Notes under the pieces: model-generated
What the model saw: only the letters and a program-made list of their open reading frames with translations
What the model was told of the DNA's origin: nothing
Databases searched by the model: none
Source of the DNA: Candidatus Kaiserbacteria bacterium
GTDB lineage: Bacteria > Patescibacteriota > Minisyncoccia > Phycocordibacterales > UBA2100
DNA: 64,000 nucleotides
NCBI GenBank assembly: GCA_016217925.1
Contig: JACRFK010000010.1
Coordinates: 4,784 to 68,783, forward strand
Direction of reading: 5' to 3'
Made by a program: the position numbers and the translations under genes
Shown: one piece after another, positions 26,483 through 34,399 of the stretch
Position numbering within the stretch: the first letter of the stretch is position 1
How the letters are laid out: the number at the start of each line of letters is the position of its first letter

Positions 26483-27793
26483 ATGTCTGATAATCACATG
26501 TCCGCCGAAGGCGGATCCGCCTCCGGCGGAAAGCGCATTCTCATCTTTTCTCTCGCGTATTTTCCCAAGTATATCGGTGGAGCCGAGGTCGCTATTAAGG
26601 AGATAACCGACCGCAATCCCGATATCGAATTCCACATGGTGACGAACCGCTTTGATGCGGCGCTTCCGAAGGTCGAGAAGATAGGGAATGTGCTGATACA
26701 CCGCATTGGCATCGCGAGGCGAGGTGCTTCGATGTCGGACTTGCGGAAGTGGCCGCTTAACCTCAATAAACCACTTTTCCAATTTCTTGCTGCGTGGAAG
26801 GCGTTCTCGCTCCATCGCACGCATCACTACGATGCCATCTGGGCGATGATGGCGCATTCGAGCGGCATTCCTGCTATCATTTTCAAACTACTGCACCCGC
26901 GTGTTCCGTACATCCTTACGCTCCAAGAAGGTGATCGGCTCGAAAAAATAGAGCGGATGATGGTGCCACTCTGGCCCCTTTTTACGCGTGTTTTCAAGCG
27001 TGCCGATGTCGTTCAGACCATTTCCACATTCCTCGGACGCTGGGCGCACCGTCGCGGCTTTACGGGACGGCTTGAAGTTATCCCGAACGGGGTGGACGTC
27101 GCACACTTCTCGCGCAAAGAAATGCCTACGGTCATCGACGCCCTGAAAGATAGCCTTGGCAAAAGGATGGGAGATGTGTTCCTCATCACGACCTCCCGCC
27201 TCGTGCGCAAGAACGGCATCGACGTCGTCATCAAAGCGCTCCCGCTTCTTCCCGAGCATGTCCGGTTCATCGTACTCGGTGTGGGGCCCGATGACCTCAC
27301 GCTGAAGAGGCTCGCGCGTGAATGCAAAGTGCCTGAGCGTGTGAGATTCATGGGTGAAGTGGCGAATACGGATATCCCGAAATATTTGCACGCCTCCGAC
27401 ATATTCGTGAGACCATCGCGCTCCGAAGGCATGGGCAATTCATTCGTCGAAGCATTTGCAGCGGGATTACCCGTCATCGGCACACAGGAGGGGGGTATCG
27501 CGGATTTTCTTTTCGACCCCGAAAAGATTCGCGCAAGCGCGAATTCTCACGGGGCAGGCGAGGAGCGCACTCAAGAGTTTGGTGCGCCTTCTCCTGAATA
27601 TAAGACGGGGTGGGCAGTGGATACTGATTCGCCTGAACAAGTGGCGGAGGCGGTGAGAGACATCATGGAGCACCCTGAAAAAGTGCGCGCGGTCGTGGCG
27701 ACGGCGCATGCACTCGCGGTGGAAAAGTACGATTGGAACACGGTGGCGAAAGACATGCGCGAGAAAGTGTTTCTCCCGATCTTGAACAGGTAG
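26483..27793 (+). CDS. Glycosyltransferase family 4 (alternative start 26498)
   Basis: GGAE, IPNGVD, SRLVRKNG, EGMGNSFVEA. Confidence 0.9.
   Translation: MSDNHMSAEGGSASGGKRILIFSLAYFPKYIGGAEVAIKEITDRNPDIEFHMVTNRFDAALPKVEKIGNVLIHRIGIARRGASMSDLRKWPLNLNKPLFQFLAAWKAFSLHRTHHYDAIWAMMAHSSGIPAIIFKLLHPRVPYILTLQEGDRLEKIERMMVPLWPLFTRVFKRADVVQTISTFLGRWAHRRGFTGRLEVIPNGVDVAHFSRKEMPTVIDALKDSLGKRMGDVFLITTSRLVRKNGIDVVIKALPLLPEHVRFIVLGVGPDDLTLKRLARECKVPERVRFMGEVANTDIPKYLHASDIFVRPSRSEGMGNSFVEAFAAGLPVIGTQEGGIADFLFDPEKIRASANSHGAGEERTQEFGAPSPEYKTGWAVDTDSPEQVAEAVRDIMEHPEKVRAVVATAHALAVEKYDWNTVAKDMREKVFLPILNR
26501..26530. repeat. 30-bp double-palindrome insertion directly after an ATG
   Basis: TCCGCCGAAGGCGGA-TCCGCCTCCGGCGGA encoding SAEGGSASGG. 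Confidence 0.75.
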
Positions 27794-27854
27794 GGGATAA
27801 CTTGCTAGGAAAAACAGCCGGACGGGTGTCTGCTGGTATAGGGTAACTTAAGGA

Positions 27855-28100
27855 ATGCTCATGCCCAGAAACCGACGACTCGAGCGTATGCTGCGTGACG
27901 CAGCCATCGCCGAGGAGCTGCGACGCCGAGAGGAGTCGCAGAGGGAACGGTCCCGTTCCCCGCTTGAGCCGAATCTGCTCACTCTGTGGTTCCCGGGGTT
28001 TGAGCTCGGGGAACGCCTTGTCTTTGATGGCATGAATGCTGCCACAGAGGCGGCGGTTCAGGTCTTTCAGGGCTGGTTCAAAGCCGCACAGCGAATGTGA
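27855..28100 (+). CDS. Hypothetical protein (81 aa)
   Basis: AAGGA before ATG; fills the intergenic gap. Confidence 0.45.
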   Translation: MLMPRNRRLERMLRDAAIAEELRRREESQRERSRSPLEPNLLTLWFPGFELGERLVFDGMNAATEAAVQVFQGWFKAAQRM

Positions 28101-28176
28101 TGAGAGCACATCTTGTGCTCGGCTCCAATAGGGGGACGCGGTTGCGCCCCCTTATGCTTTGCTATAGTGGATGCTT

Positions 28177-29223
28177 ATGAAGAGAGTTGCTGTCGTCGGT
28201 GGAGGAATATTTGGCGCTACCGCCGCCATCTATGCTGCACGCGCGGGGCACGAGGTGCATTTGTTCGAAAAAGAATCGGATGTCCTGCAGGCCGCCTCCG
28301 GCATCAATCAGTACCGGCTCCACCGTGGGTACCACTACCCGCGCTCGTCAGATACGGCGCGTTCGGCGAAGGAGGCAGACGTCTCGTTCCGCGATGAGTA
28401 TCGCGAGGCTGTAATCGAGAACGGCCGGCACATCTATGCTATCGCCAAAGAGGGAAGCTTGGTTGCTCCGGAAGCATTTCTCGCGTTTTGCCGTGAGCAG
28501 GGACTAGAGGTCAAGGAAATCCCGGCCGAGCCGCATCTCGTTCCCAATTTGGTCGCTCTCGTCGTTGAAGGAGAGGAATCGTGGATGGATCCGGCAGCTC
28601 TGCGGCGTGTCGTTCTCAAGAAACTCAAAGAGTCAGGCGTTGAGCTCCACCTCAACACCCGCGCCACTCCGGAGATGCTCGAATCATTCGATACGGTAGT
28701 ACTCGCGACATACGCGCGGCTCAATGAGCTCGTGCCGCCGGAAGTTGATGTGACCCAGGAATACCAGTACGAGGTGTGTGAAAAGCCGGTCGTTCGTTTG
28801 TCCGGCTTGGAGAACATTGGCATCGTGGTCCTTGACGGACCGTTCATGTGCGCCGACCCGTGGGGGGACAGCGGGCTGCACGTGCTCGGCAACGTGGTAC
28901 ACGCGATACACGCGACCAACATCGGTCGAACCCCCATTATTCCCGAAAACCTTGCACCGCTCCTCGACCGCGGCCTCATCAAGAATCCGCCCATTACGAA
29001 GATACAAGACTTCATCGCAAGCGGCTCGCAGTACATACCCGCTCTTGGTACGGCAGAACACGTTGGCTCTCTTTTCACCATACGCACGGTCTTACCGCGG
29101 CTCGAAAAGACCGATGCGCGACCGACCATCGTGACCAAACTTTCCGACCGCTACATCAGAATATTCTCGGGGAAAATTGGGAATTGTGTGGAGGCGGCAA
29201 AAGAGGTCGTGGCACTTCTCTAG
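28177..29223 (+). CDS. FAD-dependent oxidoreductase
   Basis: VVGGGIFG..FEK Rossmann fold; NQYRLHRGYHYPRS. Confidence 0.85.
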   Translation: MKRVAVVGGGIFGATAAIYAARAGHEVHLFEKESDVLQAASGINQYRLHRGYHYPRSSDTARSAKEADVSFRDEYREAVIENGRHIYAIAKEGSLVAPEAFLAFCREQGLEVKEIPAEPHLVPNLVALVVEGEESWMDPAALRRVVLKKLKESGVELHLNTRATPEMLESFDTVVLATYARLNELVPPEVDVTQEYQYEVCEKPVVRLSGLENIGIVVLDGPFMCADPWGDSGLHVLGNVVHAIHATNIGRTPIIPENLAPLLDRGLIKNPPITKIQDFIASGSQYIPALGTAEHVGSLFTIRTVLPRLEKTDARPTIVTKLSDRYIRIFSGKIGNCVEAAKEVVALL

Positions 29224-30110
29224 GCTCGCCCCGCCGTCGGCGGGGCGAGCATCTCATGGATTTTCAGCACGTGTGCGCCGAAATCTCCGGCCGTGCGCGG
29301 TATCGCTCCTCCGCCTGCGGCCCCGATAAACACTCGTACTTCTTGCGTGAGCGATGTCTCGGTGCTTTCAAAAATAACCTCTTCACCCTTGTATAATTTC
29401 GTGTCGTCCCACCGCAGCTTCGTGCCATCGATGAGTGTTGCCTCAATCGTATGGGCCTTCTCTTCCGAGAGCCTATCTATCTTCGAAATGAATTCGCACT
29501 GTTTGTAGGCGAACTTCGTCTCGATGCGATCGCATACGGTTTCTCCCGCCTCGCGCAAAGTGACCGATGCGGACTCCGGCATGCCATACAGGTCGTATGC
29601 AATTGAGAGGTGATGAGTGAGAAGAGCATTTTCGATGATGTCGAAGAACGTCCCATGCTTTTTCCACGTGCATTCTATGCGCGTAGCACCCTTTTCTTGT
29701 ATGAGGCGTTTGAGTTCCTGATAGACGGGGTGGTAGAGGAGCGTGTAGCCCGTCATAAGTATGCGGCCCTTTTCTTGCGCGAGCGCAGCGAGCGCGTATG
29801 CCTCCGCAGAGGTTTCTGTCAGCGGCTTTTCCACGAAGACGTGCTTTCCGGCTTCAAGAAAACGCCGGGCTATTTTTTCATGCGTTGCGACCGGGGTGGC
29901 GATGGCTACCGCGTCGACCACGGCATCGGCACTTATTTCCTCCACGCTCGCACGACGGGTTTGGGGCAGGGCTGTCGCAGCCCACGCGTCGTTCTTGTCG
30001 CTTTCTGAGGCAAAATACGCGAGCTCGCTTACATCTGCGAGTTCGCGGGCGACATTCTTACCCCATCTGCCGACCCCGATAATAGCGGTTTTCAGGCGCT
30101 TTTGTTCCAT
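29220..30110 (-). CDS. Gfo/Idh/MocA family oxidoreductase
   Basis: IIGVGRWG, IATP, GKHVFVEKP. Confidence 0.9.
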   Translation of the reverse strand: MEQKRLKTAIIGVGRWGKNVARELADVSELAYFASESDKNDAWAATALPQTRRASVEEISADAVVDAVAIATPVATHEKIARRFLEAGKHVFVEKPLTETSAEAYALAALAQEKGRILMTGYTLLYHPVYQELKRLIQEKGATRIECTWKKHGTFFDIIENALLTHHLSIAYDLYGMPESASVTLREAGETVCDRIETKFAYKQCEFISKIDRLSEEKAHTIEATLIDGTKLRWDDTKLYKGEEVIFESTETSLTQEVRVFIGAAGGGAIPRTAGDFGAHVLKIHEMLAPPTAGRA

Positions 30111-30135
30111 TGCACTCTACGGTAGCATAGAACCA

Positions 30136-31251
30136 ATGCGCGTGCTTCTTACCACGGGTATCTTTTTCCCCGACGTCGGGGGTCCCGCCACACACGTGCG
30201 CAAGATAGCTGAACATTTTGCGGGCCTCGGATGGCAGGTCACAGTGGTCGCTTTTGGCAATCACACAGGCAGTTCGCAAAAATACCGGGTGGTACGGGTG
30301 AGCCGGAAGTGGGGCAAGCTCGCCTCGTGGCTGCTCTACGCCTTGGCCATTGCGCGTGAATCGTTCAAGCACGATGTGCTCTATGCATTTGACCTCACGA
30401 CCGCCGGCATTCCAAGCGCACTCTTCGCAAAACTCCTCCGCAAGCCATTCATCCTCCGTATCGGCGGCGACCCTATCTGGGAGCGCATCGTGGAAAAAGG
30501 CGAGAGGTCCTTGCCGATGCGCGCATACTACGAGCAAGGGCTTTTCAAGAAAGATAAGCCGACACTGTATCGCATCATTCGCCGCGTGGTGCGCACTGCA
30601 GACACCGTTGTAACGTACTGCGACTTTCTCAAAGATATTTACGTGAGGCACTACGGCGTGAGCGAAAAAAGAGTCGTGCAGATCAAAAACCCATTCCCGA
30701 CAAAGACCTCCGCGACACTCGAAAAAGACACGTTCACATTCCTTTTTGCGGGGAGGTTCGTGTCGTATAAGAATCTGCCGCGCGTTCTCAAAGTGTTCAG
30801 GACCATTTCTGCAAAGCACGACAATGCCCGACTCGTCCTTATTGGCGACGGTCCCGATGAAGCGGCACTAAAAGCGAGGGCGGCTGCGCTTGGCAGCAAA
30901 GTGGAGATAATTCCGAAGGTAGATCAGAAGGCGCTCTTCGCCCGCATCAACGCGTCGTCCGTCGCGCTCGCTCCCGCGCTCACCGAATTCAATCCGAATT
31001 TCATTCTCGAAAGCTTGGCGCTTGGCAAACCTGCGCTCATCAGCCGCGACAACGGTCTCTCCGCACAGTTGCCCGACTACATGCAATTCGATCCGATGGA
31101 CGATGCATCACTCGAAACGGCGATGGAGCGCATGCTCGACGCAGGGAACTACCGTGAAGCCATTCGCGTCGTCGCCGGACTTCCGATGGACCAGACGTGG
31201 GGGAAAGTCGTCGCGGAACACGCAGTCATTGTGCAAGCAGCTGCCGGGTGA
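30136..31251 (+). CDS. Glycosyltransferase family 4
   Basis: MRVLLTTGIFFPDVGGPA, AGRFVSYKN, EFNPNFILES. Confidence 0.88.
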   Translation: MRVLLTTGIFFPDVGGPATHVRKIAEHFAGLGWQVTVVAFGNHTGSSQKYRVVRVSRKWGKLASWLLYALAIARESFKHDVLYAFDLTTAGIPSALFAKLLRKPFILRIGGDPIWERIVEKGERSLPMRAYYEQGLFKKDKPTLYRIIRRVVRTADTVVTYCDFLKDIYVRHYGVSEKRVVQIKNPFPTKTSATLEKDTFTFLFAGRFVSYKNLPRVLKVFRTISAKHDNARLVLIGDGPDEAALKARAAALGSKVEIIPKVDQKALFARINASSVALAPALTEFNPNFILESLALGKPALISRDNGLSAQLPDYMQFDPMDDASLETAMERMLDAGNYREAIRVVAGLPMDQTWGKVVAEHAVIVQAAAG

Positions 31252-31297
31252 AGTGATTTGATAGGCACCCAAAAAACGGCTAGAATGCGTCGATGCG

Positions 31298-31416
31298 TCC
31301 CGTTAGAAGTCACGGAAGTTCTTCTAGTGGTAAGCAGGTGGTAGCTTTACATATGGTCGATATCTTAGGAACGATAATTTTTGAGTCGGAAGCGCAGGCT
31401 TCCTACTTCTAACGGG
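31298..31416 (+). mobile_element. Non-autonomous TCCCGTTAGA...TCTAACGGG element (119 bp) at a start codon
   Basis: TCCCGTTAGAAGT...ACTTCTAACGGG flanked by ATGCG (31293-31297) and ATGCG (31417-31421). Confidence 0.8.
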
Positions 31417-33357
31417 ATGCGCGTACTGGTACTCTCCACCGATTGGAACGCTTTTAATGAATCGAGCGCTGTTACCAAGCGCCTGCAGATGCAGGCGCGC
31501 ACGGTGGAGCGCATGGACGTCCTGGTGCCCCACGGGCCCCTACAGCTCGTCCAGATATCAGGAAACGCCTCGGTGCGGGGATTTGGCTTGGGACGCGTTT
31601 TGGGCTCTCTGCGCACTATTGCGGCCGGATGGCGACTCCAACGGCCGGATGTCGTCTCTGCGCAAGACCCGTTCTTGACCGGCTTCGTCGCATGGATAAT
31701 CGCGTGGATGCGGGGAAGCAAACTCCACCTGCAAGTACATACCGACCTTTTCGACCCGTACTTCGGCGGCCTCTCGCTCGGCAATCGCCTGAAAGTGTTG
31801 CTTGCGCGATTTCTTCTCACACGGGCGGATTCCGTGCGTGTTGTTTCCAAACGCATCGCAGATTCACTTGCTGCACGCGGTATCAAAGCGCCCGTTACCG
31901 TACTGCCTGTATTTGTCGACCTTGAGAATCTCAAAAAAACGGAACCGCTCGATAAGCGTGAGCGGTACCCGAATTTCAAGAAAATCGTTCTTGTTGTCGC
32001 ACGGTTGGAAAAAGAAAAGAATGTCGCGGCATCTGTCCGTGCATTTGCAGAAATTGCAAAAGCGGATACGAGCGCGGGGCTCGTCGTCATCGGGAGCGGT
32101 TCACAGCGTGTGCCACTCGAAACGCTCGCGCGCGAGCTCGGTATCACGGACAAAGTGGTGTTTGAAGGCGCGCAAGACCCGTTCCCGTTTTACAAATCCG
32201 CAGACCTCGTCCTCGTTACGTCGGAATACGAAGGATTCGGCATGGTCATCGTAGAAGCGCTTGCGGCCGGGTGTCCGGTCGTTTCCTACGATATAGGTCT
32301 TGCGCGTGAGGCGGGCGCTGTTATTGCGAAGGTCGGAGATTTGCCTCGTGTCGCCACCGCCGTTTTATCCGAAAGGAAGCGTGGCAAACTCACGCTCAGT
32401 TTTCCCAATGAAGCCGAATACCGCGAACTGTGGTTCGCCGATATCTCTCTTTCGGTCTCAGGCGTCGAAGCTCGCGCGGGAGAGAAGAAAAGCACCGGTG
32501 AGCAACCCACCGTGGGCTATGTGGGGCAGGGATTCATCGGCAAGAATTATGCCGATGAGCTCGAAAGCCGCGGCTTTAAAGTAGTCCGGTATTCGCTCGA
32601 AGAGCCGTATCGCAACAATAAAGACAAAATAAAAGATTGCGATATCGTTTTTATCGCGGTACCGACGCCGACTACACCCGACGGGTTTAGCGACACCATC
32701 GTGCGGCAGACGGTCGGGCTCGTGGGCGAGGGCAAAGTCGCGGTCATTAAATCCACCATGCTCCCCGGCATGACTGAAAAGATACAAAAAGAATTCCCGA
32801 AACAGGTCGTGATGCACTCACCCGAATTCTTGCGCGAGGCGACCGCCGCATACGACGCCGCGCATCCGGACCGCAACATCGTGGGTATTTGTACGGATAC
32901 ACCCGAAGTACGCGCGCTCGGGCAAAAGGTCATTTCTATTCTTCCGCCTGCACCATTTGAGCTCGTGTGCTCCTCAGTGGAGGCGGAATTCATCAAGTAT
33001 GCGGGCAATAACTGGCTCTATATCAAGGTCGTGTACGTCAACATCCTCTACGATCTTGTGCAGAAGCTCGGCGGCAATTACGAGCACGTGCGCGACGCCT
33101 TCGCGGCCGACCCTAGAATGGGCCGCTCGCACCTTGACCCGATACACGCGAGCGGACATGGCGGACCTCCCGGCCGCGGTGCAGGCGGGCATTGCTTCAT
33201 CAAAGATTTCGCTGCGTTCCGCTCGATGTATGAACAAGTGTTTCCGGAAGATAAAGCGGGCATTGAGGCACTGAAGGGAATGGAGGAGAAAAATGTGAAG
33301 CTTCTGCGTGATGCGCACAAAGACCTCGATTTGCTCGATGGCGTCTATGGGAAGTAA
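31417..33357 (+). CDS. Fusion: GT4 glycosyltransferase + UDP-glucose/GDP-mannose dehydrogenase-like domains
   Basis: N-half ARLEKEKN, EGFGMVIVEA; C-half VGQGFIG, IAVPTP, IKSTMLPG, SPEFLRE, GAGGHCFIKD. Confidence 0.85.
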   Translation: MRVLVLSTDWNAFNESSAVTKRLQMQARTVERMDVLVPHGPLQLVQISGNASVRGFGLGRVLGSLRTIAAGWRLQRPDVVSAQDPFLTGFVAWIIAWMRGSKLHLQVHTDLFDPYFGGLSLGNRLKVLLARFLLTRADSVRVVSKRIADSLAARGIKAPVTVLPVFVDLENLKKTEPLDKRERYPNFKKIVLVVARLEKEKNVAASVRAFAEIAKADTSAGLVVIGSGSQRVPLETLARELGITDKVVFEGAQDPFPFYKSADLVLVTSEYEGFGMVIVEALAAGCPVVSYDIGLAREAGAVIAKVGDLPRVATAVLSERKRGKLTLSFPNEAEYRELWFADISLSVSGVEARAGEKKSTGEQPTVGYVGQGFIGKNYADELESRGFKVVRYSLEEPYRNNKDKIKDCDIVFIAVPTPTTPDGFSDTIVRQTVGLVGEGKVAVIKSTMLPGMTEKIQKEFPKQVVMHSPEFLREATAAYDAAHPDRNIVGICTDTPEVRALGQKVISILPPAPFELVCSSVEAEFIKYAGNNWLYIKVVYVNILYDLVQKLGGNYEHVRDAFAADPRMGRSHLDPIHASGHGGPPGRGAGGHCFIKDFAAFRSMYEQVFPEDKAGIEALKGMEEKNVKLLRDAHKDLDLLDGVYGK

Positions 33358-34399
33358 ACCGCAACGACTTCTCGTCGTCACACAGGTTGTCGATAGTACG
33401 GACCCGTTCCTCGGATTTTTTCACGGGTGGCTGGAAGAGCTTGCGAAGCATTTCGAGCACATCCATGTGATATGCCTCAAAGAGGGTGAACACAAACTTC
33501 CGGCGAATGTGCATGTTCATTCGCTGGGGAAGGAAAAAGGAGAGTCGCGCGGGAAATATGTTTTTCGATTTCTCGGATACGTCTGGAAATTGCGCGGCGA
33601 GTACGACACGGTCTTCGTGCACATGAATCAGGAATATATTTTGCTCGCCGGATGGCTCTGGAAGCTTTTGGGCAAGCGGATGTATATGTGGCGCAATCAC
33701 TACGCCGGCGGGTTTCTGACGGATATGGCCGCGATGTTCGCTGTGAAAGTATTTTGTACCTCGGCACATTCCTACACGGCAAAATACAAAAAGACAGTCA
33801 TCATGCCGGTCGGAGTGGACACTCAGTTATTTGCGCCGGGCGCTGGGTTCCGCATGCCACGCTCCATTTTATTCTTGAGCCGCTTCGCGCCCGCAAAAAA
33901 GCCGGATGTGCTGCTGGAAGCACTCGGAATACTTTCGAAAGAAGGCGTCCAATTCACGACGTCTTTTTATGGGACGGCTCTCCCGCAAGATACCGCGTAT
34001 CGTGAGAAGGTCATCAAGCGTGCACAGACACTCGGTCTCGGGAACTTCGTGAATTTTTACGAAGGTGTACCGCACACCCAAGCACCGGACATATTCAACA
34101 AGCACGAAATATTCGTAAATCTGTCTTCGAGCGGCACGTACGACAAGACGATGTTCGAGGCTGCCGCGTCCGGCTGCGTCGTCATCGCGGCAAGCAAAGA
34201 TTTTGCGACAGTTGCAGGTGAGCAGTCCCTTGTCGCTGAAGATGTAAAAGCGGTGGCGGATAAGTTGCGTGAGTTCCTTGCGCTCGCGGACGGTGCGCGT
34301 GCCACTCTTGCGGCGCAATTACGGGAGAAAGTACTTGCGGGACAGAGTCTGCCGTTTCTTGCGCAACGCGTAATAACCGAGATGTCAGAAAAAAAATGA
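33347..34399 (+). CDS. Glycosyltransferase family 4
   Basis: PVGVD, SRFAPAKK, GTYDKTMFEA. Confidence 0.85.
   Translation: MGSKPQRLLVVTQVVDSTDPFLGFFHGWLEELAKHFEHIHVICLKEGEHKLPANVHVHSLGKEKGESRGKYVFRFLGYVWKLRGEYDTVFVHMNQEYILLAGWLWKLLGKRMYMWRNHYAGGFLTDMAAMFAVKVFCTSAHSYTAKYKKTVIMPVGVDTQLFAPGAGFRMPRSILFLSRFAPAKKPDVLLEALGILSKEGVQFTTSFYGTALPQDTAYREKVIKRAQTLGLGNFVNFYEGVPHTQAPDIFNKHEIFVNLSSSGTYDKTMFEAAASGCVVIAASKDFATVAGEQSLVAEDVKAVADKLREFLALADGARATLAAQLREKVLAGQSLPFLAQRVITEMSEKK

Noticed and set aside
29761-30135. Long N-terminal ORF-track extensions (also 2081, 5538, 19594, 55225)
   Set aside because: They overlap opposite-strand genes or non-coding elements; downstream ATGs match family N-termini and usually follow -10 boxes.
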